A stretch of 60,107 bases of DNA from a virus (lineage: Duplodnaviria > Caudoviricetes), in the IMG/VR virus record IMGVR_UViG_3300005613_000072, positions 1-60,107 of that record; one strand, written 5' to 3'. Below, piece by piece: positions 1-12,000 of this stretch (position 1 is its first letter; each line of letters starts with the position of its first letter). The translations under genes were made by a program, and so were the position numbers. Under the pieces are notes generated by a model. That model was not told where the DNA came from, did no database searches, and saw nothing but the letters and a program-made list of their open reading frames with translations.

Positions 1-303
1 AACACGAATATACTGGTAGGTATTCGTCTTAAAATCAAATGCTTTAGTTAATTCAAGTGCTTCTGCATCTGTAGCTTGAAAAATCTCGGTTTCAACTGGA
101 ACAGAAGAATACGTAGTATTATCCGCCGAAGCATAAACATTAACTGTAACATTGTCAGCCGTACTTGTTGCAAATGTAACTTTAGCTACAACCGAAGCCT
201 CGAAAGTTCGTGGAATAGTCCTGCAAATAATATTACTATCCGTAACCGCCGTTGCTAATGTAACCCCAGACCACAAAGTAGTAGTAGTCTTTTGAAAAGC
301 CAT
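1..303 (-). CDS. Virion structural protein, partial (runs off the window edge)
   Basis: Not in the ORF track. Manual translation from ATG at 303 (RBS GGAGG) gives MAFQKTTTTLWSGVTLATAVTDSN... open to position 1. Thr/Ser/Val-rich and downstream of the tail genes. Confidence 0.7.
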   Translation of the reverse strand, partial: MAFQKTTTTLWSGVTLATAVTDSNIICRTIPRTFEASVVAKVTFATSTADNVTVNVYASADNTTYSSVPVETEIFQATDAEALELTKAFDFKTNTYQYIRV

Positions 304-341
304 ACAAATCAACCTCCTAATATAGTTAATTTACACCTAAG

Positions 342-3260
342 TTAGTAGCGAAAAACATCGCGTGTAATAGCTTTCTGTTCGTTATTATGCCACCTACGCA
401 CAAAAGCTTTAGGTATATTTCCAACTCTATGTTGGAAAGGAATTTGCCCTACTCCGCGTTTCATAATAAATGATTTACGTGAATACCCTGATGTTGTTGT
501 AAGCAAAGCAGTATTAAATAAAAAAGTACCTCCAGATAGATGTATTCCAAATAAGTTAATATCAGATACTGCTGCTGTGCTATAAGGTGGTTTTGATACA
601 CACCCATACCAGGAATAAGTAGTAATTTCATCACTTTCATCTTTATAAATAAATGTAATTTCTACCCACTTAGGAGAATTACTGGATATCTTAAAAAAAT
701 ATCGTTTTGTAGGATCAAACTCATACTCTCTATAAACGCCATGCCCCTCAATAGTTATACCACCGTCACTTGGAAACGGATCAGAATGGTAATGGTAATC
801 AGCAGAAATTTGCCCCCCGCCAAAATTAATAAGATTACCAGAAGTTACTTCAGCATAATCGCAGGTAAAATGTAGTCCTTTCTTATCAGCTGTGAGTACC
901 TCACCACGGAACGTCTGAGGAATAAAACCATTTTTATCAGACCAGTAGCTATCAACAAAACGTTCTACACTACCGCTACTAATATTAACATACGAATTAG
1001 TTTGCGGATTAATAAAAGAATTATAAGTTTCTCCTGGAACAAAAAAGTTATGTATTGACCAATTACTATCCGAAACATCTTGTTGCGTAAACTCACCTAT
1101 AGAAGTATAGGCTCCGTCTCTTTCTAATTCACGTACTATAATTGTATTTTCAAAATCGTTAACCTCAATAGCATATAAATGCCCAAATGTATTATAAATA
1201 CCATATACCAAGTCTCTATACCCTGCTGTATTACTATTAAATAGATATAAGTAACCATAATCGCTACCTGACCATTGGCTAAATGGTTTGAATGTCCACA
1301 CAGGTTCGCCATCAAAAGTAGGATCACTAACAACCACGCTTGGAAAAGCTAAAAAATCTGATTCACAGTTTGTGGCGTTTGTTACAGTATTCCCGCTACT
1401 AACAAGATTTGTTGGTTGTGGTTCTGCAAATGTCTCCCCGTCCCCAAAGAAAGGAAAGTCAGACCAAAAACCTCTATATTCTGCTCTACGTTTTAAATTA
1501 TAACCTGGATCAAATGAATAACTTGTTTTTGTAAAAAGATCGGGAGAAAGAGTACCATTATAAGGCACAGCTACAGGCACATAGTGATCAAATTCATAGC
1601 GCGGAAAATTATTTATAGTTTTTATTACTTTTACAGCCGTTCCATAATCTCTTTCACTCGCAGAATACCCAGTAGAGAATTCCTCCGGATCAGTATACGA
1701 TTCAAGTGCAGTCGTATGATCCCATATTGGTCCAACATTGTACCTTTTTACTATTTTTCTTTGTGGAAGGCTAATTGATTTTCTTTCATCAACACTCGTT
1801 GAATAATCTGAAAATGAGTAAGATTGAGTATCATAGCTTAGCTCAAATGGCGGATGTATATTTATTCTAAATTGATTGTTACTACACCAAGAGTACTGAT
1901 CTCCAGATGCAGATGCTGTTAGCATTAATAATAAAACAATAGGCCTATCAACGTCATTATAGTTACAAAAAGCAGAATAATAAGGGTAAGGGTTTTGTGC
2001 ATTAAATCCTTCCGAGGAATTCTTTATGTATAATGGGAATGGGGGCTTACCAGGAAAATTAAAAGTAACACTTTTTCCCCAAGTTACGTACCATAGTTTG
2101 TTTCCTGGATTTGTCAAAGTAATTCGTTGTATACCGTCTGTACACTCTGACCAAGCACCAGGTGTATACGGATAAGCTGAACTTACATACCTTCTCCAGG
2201 CTGTAACACCGAAGCTTATAGATCGTGGCGCGTTAACATTGATATCGCCATGTGTAGCCCAAAATGGTCCAAGTCCTCTTGGTGATACACCTAATGGATA
2301 ATAAAGTGGCATCCGCCATACCTCTGACAAAAAATAGTATTGTGTTCCGTCAAAAGGCATATGTCCATAGTACGTACCAGTATCATTAATACCGATAGAC
2401 CTAAATTCATTGGAGTTAAGATAAACTAAACTTTGCGGCTCAAAAGGATAACGAACACTATTGGTTTCATCTGTGCCAAAAAGTTTATTTACTCCTGCCC
2501 ACCAGCTACCTGGTATAGGATTTTCTACTGTTTCCTCAACGTGTATACCGGTTATAGAAACGCCCTCTGTAACCACATCAAGTGTGGGCATAGATACTAA
2601 CCCGTAAAAATCTTCTGTGCCATATGGCTGGTTTCTCACTTTTGGGTAGTCTTCGTCTGTTATTTGATCGCTAATAGCCCAATTATTATCACATGGTTCC
2701 GCAGACAACGTAGCAGCTACAGTACCTGTTCTAACTAAAGTTGTCGCATCTCCATCATTTAATTCTTCCCCTTCATCATCAATCAAATCTTCCCCATCTT
2801 CTTGGAAAGACATAACATAAGAAATAATTTTTCCTGTTGACATGATTGACTCGTGTACCGATTTTGTAAAAATCCCCGGGTAATAGTTATATTCAAGCGG
2901 CGATAAATATCCAAAGTTAAGCCCATCAAGTGTAAAATACCATCCATCGTCACCTTCAGCTAATGTAAAATCCTTAAATGTGGGCAAAATTTCTACTTCG
3001 TTGGAAGTTGCAGCCGTAACTGGGCTTTCAATTATTTGTACTGTATGATTCTCATCAACTATAAAATTAACTGTACTTCCTACATCTAAGTTTGAGTCTC
3101 CGGCGACATTAGCCTCTAATGTACCACCACTTGGTCCTACTTCGGTGACTTGGGCTAACGGGCTAACTCCGCCAAAAAAACTTTTTATTTTAACACGGAC
3201 ACCGTTCTTTGCGGTTATAGTACCTTGAAAAAACCTTTGCCTACCCCGTGATCGATTCAT
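342..3260 (-). CDS. Large tail-tip / receptor-binding-region protein (972 aa, family not recognised)
   Basis: Long Tyr/Ser/Gly/Thr-rich ORF downstream of the tape measure and hub-like genes. Function inferred from synteny only. Confidence 0.6.
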   Translation of the reverse strand: MNRSRGRQRFFQGTITAKNGVRVKIKSFFGGVSPLAQVTEVGPSGGTLEANVAGDSNLDVGSTVNFIVDENHTVQIIESPVTAATSNEVEILPTFKDFTLAEGDDGWYFTLDGLNFGYLSPLEYNYYPGIFTKSVHESIMSTGKIISYVMSFQEDGEDLIDDEGEELNDGDATTLVRTGTVAATLSAEPCDNNWAISDQITDEDYPKVRNQPYGTEDFYGLVSMPTLDVVTEGVSITGIHVEETVENPIPGSWWAGVNKLFGTDETNSVRYPFEPQSLVYLNSNEFRSIGINDTGTYYGHMPFDGTQYYFLSEVWRMPLYYPLGVSPRGLGPFWATHGDINVNAPRSISFGVTAWRRYVSSAYPYTPGAWSECTDGIQRITLTNPGNKLWYVTWGKSVTFNFPGKPPFPLYIKNSSEGFNAQNPYPYYSAFCNYNDVDRPIVLLLMLTASASGDQYSWCSNNQFRINIHPPFELSYDTQSYSFSDYSTSVDERKSISLPQRKIVKRYNVGPIWDHTTALESYTDPEEFSTGYSASERDYGTAVKVIKTINNFPRYEFDHYVPVAVPYNGTLSPDLFTKTSYSFDPGYNLKRRAEYRGFWSDFPFFGDGETFAEPQPTNLVSSGNTVTNATNCESDFLAFPSVVVSDPTFDGEPVWTFKPFSQWSGSDYGYLYLFNSNTAGYRDLVYGIYNTFGHLYAIEVNDFENTIIVRELERDGAYTSIGEFTQQDVSDSNWSIHNFFVPGETYNSFINPQTNSYVNISSGSVERFVDSYWSDKNGFIPQTFRGEVLTADKKGLHFTCDYAEVTSGNLINFGGGQISADYHYHSDPFPSDGGITIEGHGVYREYEFDPTKRYFFKISSNSPKWVEITFIYKDESDEITTYSWYGCVSKPPYSTAAVSDINLFGIHLSGGTFLFNTALLTTTSGYSRKSFIMKRGVGQIPFQHRVGNIPKAFVRRWHNNEQKAITRDVFRY

Positions 3261-5265
3261 ACGAAAACCCCTCGATAGTAGATTCTATATTTTTTTCGTT
3301 GTCAAACCGCAATGATATTCTTTCTACTACCAAGGTGTATTGGTTACCCTGATAACTGTATGCTATAATATCCCCTGGTTTTACTTCTACATAACTTTTC
3401 AAAGTAAGTGTTATGGTAGTTAATCGCGCATTTTCTTTTTCTAAAATATAGTCCGCTAAAGCGTCTATTGTTCCATTAGACTGTCCTTGCATCAATGCCG
3501 CATTATGCTGGTATACATTTTCAGTTCCACCTTTTGCATAGTAACCAAGCAAGATAGTTGAAAAATTTCCTCCCGGATTTTTAACAGGCACAAAAATTTC
3601 AAAGTATATTAACGAATCATAGTCACCAAAAACATTTATCCGAAATTCTCCGGGTGTATCCCCGCTACTTCCACCACTTCCGGAAGGTACACAATCAAAG
3701 TAAATAGATTTATCGGATACTAAAGAACTGGGCTGTATACCTTGAATTCGTAAGTCCTGTCCGGTATATCTCCAGATAGCTTCTTGATCTTCGGAAGATG
3801 GTTCTTGGCGAATATACTGCGAAAGTTCCGGTCTAACAGACACGGTTATAGTTTTTGCATAGTTTGTTGTGTCTAAACTATAACCAGCTAATGCTGATTG
3901 CAAAGAACTTGGATAATTAATATAGTCATAAGTGCCCTCAGATACGGATAAGCCCATCCCTTCTTCGTATTCATCATCAATTACAAACTCAAAAGAAGTA
4001 GAATCAGATACTGGTTCGTCAGTATCTACGGGTAATCCGGTTTGATAATCGATAGCTTGACCAGCAATATATAGTTTATTGTAACATTTTATTTTCACGT
4101 TGGACATAGCAACGTTGGCTCTAAGAAGAGAAAGATTACCGGTAACTTCTATACCATCATAACTACGTGTTGCATTATAAGTTATTGTTCGATCTTCTAT
4201 CATGCTCTGTGGTAGGTTATGTGTAATAGCCATCCCACCATTATTAGCCCTTCTGGCTTCTGCGTGTAGATGTACTACACCATCAACCACAGTTAAAAAA
4301 TATCCGTATGTTTCTGCTGCTGCAACCAATACTTGCCATACAGACTGATCTATAAAAGCAAATGAATCAAAATTTGTATTATGAAAACTTCGATTAAAAT
4401 CATTGTCCCCCATATCTAAAACAAATAATGCGGATGAAGGGGCATTTACGTGTTCTCGTAGAAGCAATGTTATGACATTTTCTATAGTATTAACCCAGTC
4501 GTAAGACATACCGCCTTCATCGTTATATACTAAATAACGTTGTCCATAGTAGGCGGAAGTACTAATTATTTTTTCGGATAAGTATATTTCACTACCCATA
4601 GCTTTTAATGAACTTTTGTTAATATCAACTAATTTCCCCGAAAAAATTGCTTGCCCATCAAGCATAAGAGTTACAGGTATGTCACGATCTATTGGGCTTA
4701 ATGTTTCTACAAATTCTTCTACTGTATCGGTAACATCGTCTTCATCCTCTTCTTCAGAAGAAGAACTACTATCCATATATTCAGCAAGAACAATGGACAC
4801 ATCATAATATTTTACAGTTTCTTCGTAAACAATCGTATTTTTATACGTAATTTCTTTGACAAGGTATTCACCTTTAACAGCATATTGTTTATAATCTGTG
4901 GTCTCCCCAACTCTTTCGCCATAATCAACTTCTACGGGATTTTCAATTTCAACATCTATAAATTCTCCTACAGTTGGGATATCTGAAATATCCATAGCAA
5001 AATAATGTAGCGTAATTTCTTTGTGCGAATTTTCTGGAATATTAGATGAAGAAGATTCCGCTAAATCTTGTATGTTAACTGACAGCGAAGTTATTTCTTT
5101 GTTATTCCTATCATATGTAAATGGAATATCGTTATACACAGCGTCGCCAACCGTCAGGATAGCCCAGTGTATTCCTTCGGGATTTTCTGGGTCTTGGTTT
5201 ATATACTCATCTAAGTCATCAGAACCAAGACCGTAACTAATTTCTTCTGGTTGTAGTGTTAACAT
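3241..5265 (-). CDS. Putative tail hub / baseplate protein (674 aa)
   Basis: Position after the distal tail gene. C-terminal hub-like motif (VKPGDIIAYSYQGNQYTLVVERISLRF). Confidence 0.6.
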   Translation of the reverse strand: MLTLQPEEISYGLGSDDLDEYINQDPENPEGIHWAILTVGDAVYNDIPFTYDRNNKEITSLSVNIQDLAESSSSNIPENSHKEITLHYFAMDISDIPTVGEFIDVEIENPVEVDYGERVGETTDYKQYAVKGEYLVKEITYKNTIVYEETVKYYDVSIVLAEYMDSSSSSEEEDEDDVTDTVEEFVETLSPIDRDIPVTLMLDGQAIFSGKLVDINKSSLKAMGSEIYLSEKIISTSAYYGQRYLVYNDEGGMSYDWVNTIENVITLLLREHVNAPSSALFVLDMGDNDFNRSFHNTNFDSFAFIDQSVWQVLVAAAETYGYFLTVVDGVVHLHAEARRANNGGMAITHNLPQSMIEDRTITYNATRSYDGIEVTGNLSLLRANVAMSNVKIKCYNKLYIAGQAIDYQTGLPVDTDEPVSDSTSFEFVIDDEYEEGMGLSVSEGTYDYINYPSSLQSALAGYSLDTTNYAKTITVSVRPELSQYIRQEPSSEDQEAIWRYTGQDLRIQGIQPSSLVSDKSIYFDCVPSGSGGSSGDTPGEFRINVFGDYDSLIYFEIFVPVKNPGGNFSTILLGYYAKGGTENVYQHNAALMQGQSNGTIDALADYILEKENARLTTITLTLKSYVEVKPGDIIAYSYQGNQYTLVVERISLRFDNEKNIESTIEGFSYESITG

Positions 5266-5441
5266 TATTTCACCCCAACAATCGTGGCGGTAACGCCTGT
5301 TAGTATAACCGAAACGCGCCTTCCTACGTCTATACTAAGCGGGGAAAACGCGGAATAAATCTTTCCATTAATGTTTAATCGATAGTAATTCCCGTTTTTA
5401 CTTGTTACAACACCTACGTACAATCTGTAATCAGTCCGCAT
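5265..5441 (-). CDS. Small tail protein (58 aa)
   Basis: Below the ORF-track cutoff. MRTDYRLYVGVVTSKNGNYYRLNINGKIYSAFSPLSIDVGRRVSVILTGVTATIVGVK fills the gap exactly, with a TAATG stop/start overlap with the next gene. Confidence 0.7.
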   Translation of the reverse strand: MRTDYRLYVGVVTSKNGNYYRLNINGKIYSAFSPLSIDVGRRVSVILTGVTATIVGVK

Positions 5442-5443
5442 AA

Positions 5444-6019
5444 TTATGTTTCCTCATATGGTACTAACGTAATTGTTTGAAAACTAATAGTATCAATTAC
5501 GTGTATATCACCATCCGTATAGGAAGTGTTTTCACTGAAATATTCGGAAACCATCTCGCCGTCTTTCATGATAAAAAATCCTTTCCACGGCTCTAAAGTA
5601 ATACTACCCTCATAAAATCCCATAGGTGTCATTCTTTTTAAGCTATAATTTGAAATGCCAAACAGTACATTAAAATCGTATGTTAGATTTATATAGGGAA
5701 TGTATAAAGCTACATTATATTCTCTCATGATTAAATAATCAAATAAAATTGGCGGTAATTTCACATTGGCCGATAAAGAATTTTTTGGGGCTTTAGTATT
5801 ATTTTTATCTATCGTTATAGAAAAAAACGTTTGCGGATTAAACATGGCAAAAATAGAATCTTCAATTGGCTCCGTTAAAGTACAACTAATCCCCATCTGA
5901 AGTAGCGGAGGCATTTCCGGGCCTTCAAAATCGGTAGAAGTGCCTTCCGGAACATAGTCAGTAATTCTATAGGTAGCCGTGATATTAGACGGAATATAGA
6001 TAGCATTTGTTACAATCAT
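5444..6019 (-). CDS. Putative distal tail protein
   Basis: 191 aa directly after the tape measure gene, with an ATGA overlap. Synteny only. Confidence 0.55.
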   Translation of the reverse strand: MIVTNAIYIPSNITATYRITDYVPEGTSTDFEGPEMPPLLQMGISCTLTEPIEDSIFAMFNPQTFFSITIDKNNTKAPKNSLSANVKLPPILFDYLIMREYNVALYIPYINLTYDFNVLFGISNYSLKRMTPMGFYEGSITLEPWKGFFIMKDGEMVSEYFSENTSYTDGDIHVIDTISFQTITLVPYEET

Positions 6020-9000
6020 CCCCGTACACCCGCCATTCGTTTTTCCCAGGCCATTCTATCGGTAAGTTCCTTCATAATTTTATTGGATAGGGTTGACTCG
6101 TTTATTCCTGTGCCATTAATTTGAATAGCCCCTTGTTCAACTACAATATCTATGTTACTTGATGTTTGTTGAGACGTTGGTGCTGCCGTTGTTGTACCGG
6201 GTATATTTGACATTGCCATCTTTAGTTTGTCTGCAACATCATTAAACCCTGCGGAAAAAGCTCTTCTTAATATGCTTTCAAAGTCACCAGAAGTTAGTCC
6301 TTCAGTTACTTGTTGCCCTAAACCGCGTAGGGTAGAAGAATCTTCAAAAATTTTCCAGTAAGGGTATATCGGTATCTCGTTTGTCTTACCAACGGCGTCG
6401 TCAGTTACTTGTTGCCCTAAACCGCGTAGTAGGGTAGCAGAATCTTCAAAAATTTTCCAGTAAGGGTATATCGGTATCTCGTTTGTCTTACCAACGGCGT
6501 CGTCAGTTCCACCAGCCTTATCCTGTGAATCAAGCAATTCTTTAATTTTCCAGTAAGGGTATATCGGTATCTCGTTTGTCTTACCAACGGCGTCGTCAGT
6601 TCCGCCTGACTCAGGTTCTACCCTACCATCTGATCTAACTATAGTTTCTAAAACACCGCGAATACCACGTACACCATCAGCAATATCTCCTGTATTTACA
6701 GACGTTTCTTCTTCAATTTTTATGCTTCTGGCAGCGGATTCAGCTTCTTTTTGATTTGTACTACCGCTACTACTTTGACTATTATTTTGTGTTGATCCCC
6801 TTAGAAGACTTATTATCTGATCTAATTTACCATTTGTAGTATTAAATTCAGTAGATATCGTATCTTTTACCGCTATTGTATCTTGAGATATTTTAGACGT
6901 AGATTGAGCAATATCACTAAAGTAATCAGCAGACTCTTTGTAATATTCTTCGGCGCCCTTTAATGTGTCAAGAGCTTCTTCTTGATATTTTTTTGCCTCT
7001 TCAGCAGCTTTTGCAACCTCTTCTTTAGCTTCTGTAAGCTGTTCCCTAAGTATAGTGAGTTGAACATCGATACCTTCAGTTAATTGAGCTATCATAACAT
7101 CTCTATCCGGGTCAGTAACATTAATTTCCGTAGATAGGGATTCTAATATCTGTTCCAAGTATTCTTTAGATTGTTCTGCAACGGTCTTATCATCTTCGTG
7201 GAAACCAACACCTTGATCAATTAAATCTTGGACGTAAGCAAGTAGTTCTTCTGTAGACATATCGGAAAAATCTACGCCACTACCGGCTCCAAAATCATCA
7301 AGATTTGATAATTCACCAGTTAAGGCTTCTAAGGCTTTTTTTAGATCGGCAGCACCGCTAAGATTACCCTGATTAACAAGTTCTGTTAACACTTGATTAA
7401 TTTGTTGATAGGTAGAATCACTTATAGAACCTTCTGCCGACATTTCTTCTTTGATAGTGTTAATAAGATCGCTGTATTCCCCTGTACCTTGTAAAATTGC
7501 TATGACACTATCAAAGCCGCCTTGCACAATATCATCTATCTTAGGTTTATCTTCTGGTTTTGCAAAATCATAGATTGCTTCACTTACTTCGTTAAGTCCT
7601 TCGCCAATTTGTTCATCAGATTCTTCGTATAGGAAATGGAAGTCCGGCGTAAAATTAGGGTTAGAAATTTGTTCCATTGTCCATAAAATATCATTTACAC
7701 CGTCACTTGTAGAACCTACTGCCATTCCAAGCATTTTCATTACATCTGATAACATCTGTCCAGCTAAGTCTACGGTTTCCATTAAACCGTCAGTCATTAA
7801 AGCAACCATATCTAATTCGCCAGAAGTGATCATGCCATCTTCTAAAGAATCTACAATGAATTTACCAATAGCCATTACTTTGTCTTTTATAAGCGCTGAT
7901 TCTAAAACCGCTTCTATTAATCCATTAACAATCGCACTTTTTACATTTTCTTTTATTTCTGTGTGTAGTACTTCCCAAGCCTTACTTTCGCCAAGATCAA
8001 CTAAATTTTTAGTGAAATTATCAAACGCCCCAGCTAATACATCACTTATAGAATCAGCCCAATCCGCTATTGCGTCTTCATAAGCTTTTAATGCGGCTTG
8101 TTCTGCTTCCATATTTTCAATTGCTTGTTGTAATGCACCATAAGCATCTACTAAATTTTGAAGTTGATCATCATATTCATCTAACCACTGGATATTAGGA
8201 TCATCGTTTTCAAGCAAGTACTGTTTCATGTCATATAGTTCTTCGATAGCACTTTCTAAAGCCGAAAGTTTATCCTTCATTGCAGAAAGATCGTCATCAC
8301 CAACAATTGCAGACATAAAATCTATCTTATCAAACTCAGCTTGTAACCTATCGAAAATCTTACGGACTTCTTCTGTCATAATCATTTGGATATACTGCAT
8401 CGCTTTTTGTATCATGTCTTGCACTGTCTTTATGTACTGCTGTAATTTACTTATTCCTTGCTGGTAAATTTCTGTTCCAACAATGATGTCACTATCTCCA
8501 GCCTGATACGTAGCAAACGTAGCTTCACTTGATTCGGCTAAAAGTTCATTCCAGTCTGTTATTTGTTCTTTTATTTTTTCAATAGCTTCTTCTGCACGTT
8601 CTAAGTAGTCGTAGTAATAGTCAATTGCAGCTTTCCAGCCGTCTGGTGGTTCAAAAGCACCCAGCAATTCTGCGGGATGTAAACTTTCAAGTATGCCCTC
8701 AACTTCTTCTTTGACACGTTTCCATTCTGCAATATACCAATCAACATATTCTATCACTCTTTTTTTCTGATCTTCAAGATCAGCTATCTGAGCTTCGATT
8801 TTAGCTACTTTATCCAACGCTTTTTGTAATCTTAGCAATTGATGTTCAGTTTCCCTAATTGCGTCTTGTAACTTAGCAAAGAATTGTGTATTAGGATCAG
8901 CTGTAGCTAATAACTTGCGGAATCTGTCTAAAGCACTACTAAGTGCCGTAATCATAGCTTGGCCAACAGAAGATACATTAGCCACAGTTTCTTTTAGACC

Positions 9001-12000
9001 TTTTAATTTATCTTCAGTACTACCAGATACAATAGTAAAATCTTCAAGAGTCCCGGCAGCTTGAATAATAGCTTCACTACTTTCTAACATAACTTCGGCA
9101 ATAGTTAAATCTTCTATCATAGATTGTAAGTTACCTAACTCAGTATTTAAGTTGGCTACAGCGGCTGTACTTCGCCCTAATCCCAAATTACCTTCCATAG
9201 CTGCTTCAAAACCACTGGCAGCTGCAGTAGTTTCTTTTATTTCCGTTTGTAGTTTATTAAATTCAGCCGCAAGTTCTTCACTTGAGAAGTCGTAAGTTAT
9301 ATCACCTGTATCTGATTCTATCTTATTGTAAGCGGCTGCATTATCCGCCAAAAATTTTTCTCTTTTCAATAGAAGAGCGTCTAATGTATTTGAAATTTGC
9401 TCATATTTCTGGGTAAATAGTCCTAAATCATTTACAGCGGCTTCTCGCAATCCTACTGACCAAGACTCTAATTCCTCTTCGACAAGTTTTATAGCTGTGC
9501 CGACTTTTTCTATGGGTTCAGTAAATGTTCCACCATCAACAGTTATATTAGCCTCTTGTTCTTGTTGAAATTCGGCGTAAAGTTCTTTTAACTCTTCCAG
9601 CTCAGAATGTAACCCAGTTATTTGGGAAGCCGCTTCCTTGCTACCATTTGTTAACTGGTGTATCTGGAATCCAACTTCTACATATCTATCTTTTAGAATA
9701 CCAAGAACATCCGAAACAGCACTGTAGGCACTTTCTCCAGGTAAATCTAACTGTATAGATATTTTAACCAGCTGATCTGAAATAACAGATCGCTCAAACT
9801 CTTGTCTAAGTCTTAAATATTCTTCGTACGCACTTTCTATCGATTCTTGTAAATTCTTGTACAATCGATCAAAATATACTGCGTCTTCAAGATCTTCATT
9901 TAATTCATCAACAGCTCTTGCTTGATCTTTAATGCTTTTAGTTATACCAGACATTTGTTGTTGATAATCTCTATCTAACTCAAATTTTACCCGCGCAAAT
10001 TCTGCATCAGCTGTCTGTTTAATGAACTCGTCCGTAGCATCTGTATATTTTTTATTTGCATCTTGTACTATACGTTCATAAGTTGTTGACAAAAAGTCAT
10101 TATATTCTTGCGAAAGATTCTTTGCGGTTTCTTTCTGTGCTTGAACAAAGGAATCTTTCATTGATATTTGATCCACTAAAGCTTGTTGATCTTCCTTACT
10201 TATAATAAGTTCTTTCCAGTTAAAACTAAGTAGGGTTGTTTTTAATTCCCCTATCATTTTATTGGTGGATTGTAGCTGATCATTAAGGTAAGCTGTTTTA
10301 TCCCCAAGATATAAAAAGTCTATAGCAGCAAATTGCAGCGAAAAATTTTGTGCGGCATCTGCGGCAGCCATGCTAAACTGTATCATAGCACCAGCAGCCC
10401 TCTTAAGCTCACTATCTAAGTCCATAGCAACCGCTGTGTCTTTTAATAAACTTAGTTCTTGCCGTGCAAAATCAATTTGTTCGCCAAGAAGTTGAGCTTC
10501 TTTCGCCGCGTCCGTAAATTCTTGGGAATTAAATGCTTCGGAACCTTGCTCCTTAATTAAATCTTGTTTTACTTGCGCTAATTGTTCGTATTTTTCTACA
10601 TAACCAGCAAGCTCTTCTTCTTTGTTACCAATATCGATAGCTAAAGCGTCTCTATCAAAGGAAGCTTGCAAACCAGCTAAATCTTGGTAAGTTTGTTTTG
10701 CTGTATTTAATAGGCTATTAAAGTACTCAACTTGCGTACCAACATATGTAAAAGATGTTTCTATAACTTTAATTTTTTCTGCGGCCTCTTCAAAAATTTC
10801 GGCTATTTGTGAATTTACTAAGTCTAAAACAACTTGGCGTAATTCGATAGTCGCCGCACGTACTGCCTGTAGGTAAGTATAAGCATTTTGTAATTCCGCA
10901 GTCCAACCGGCTAAATCCCTTTGGACAACTCCTATATCTGCTTTTAAATCTTCAATAGTTCCGGTAAAACCAATAGTTTCTGCTGCTAATTCAAAATCTT
11001 CTGAGTTAACAAGATAATCATAAGTAGCTTGCATTTCTTGTAGCTTAGTAGTCAACTCAGAAACCTGGTTATTCATCTCTTGGTACTGCTCGTACATATC
11101 CTGTGCATCAGCACTAAATCCCTGTTCTGCACCAACTTCTGCAAGCAAAAGTTGAGCTTCAACTAAATCTTCTACTTTAGTTGCTAAGGCTTCTACCCGT
11201 TCAGAAGCACCGCCAAAAGCTTGGTACATAATTTCGCGTAAACTCTCGCCATAAGAAACCGTCTTCTCGAACTCGGTATTTACATCGCGAATAGATAGAT
11301 AAAAGTCTTCAATACCTTTTGAAAACTTAAGTTGAGAAAGTCTGGCTTGCAACTCTAATAAAGTGCTGTTAGCATTAACATACGATAATAATAAACGTTG
11401 TTGTTCTTCGGTTAAATCAGCAAGAGCCCCATCCTTTTGAAAAAGCGCATAAAAATTTTCGTTTAATTCAATTAACTTTTCATCCGCCTTAGCCATCGCT
11501 TCTGTTTTTTCTTGCACAGATTCAGTAAGAACACCCATGCGCTCTTTTTCTGCATCATTTAACTGGTCATATTGGGAATAAAGTTTTTCTACTTCTTCAC
11601 GTTCAGCGCGTACTTCACGCGATAAATTTTCATGCTCTTTTTCTGTATCTGCTATAGCATCGGCTAATGTGCGATACTGCCTTACGCCCTCAGTTGGAAG
11701 AACACCACTTTGTTCAAGTTCTACCTGCGCTGTAATTAAATCCTCGATAGCCTGTGTTACCATGTCTATTTCTGTATCTGCCGCAGAAAAATCTTCACCA
11801 AGAGCTGCAGCAACCCTACTATTTATTTCATATATTTTATCGTATTCTTTGTTAACATCTTGTAAAGCTTCTACCCAATTTTTGGTAGCTTCAACCATAT
11901 CTTCATACTTTGATCGAGTGTTCAGCGCATCTATAACTAAAGACATACTTTCTAAAGAAGTGGTGGCATTTTGTATGTTATCAGAAAGTTCCTTATATTT

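Noticed and set aside
6349-6601. CRISPR-like array (three identical repeats with short spacers)
   Set aside because: The repeats are 58 bp, in frame inside the tape measure ORF, and the flanking segments are partly duplicated.
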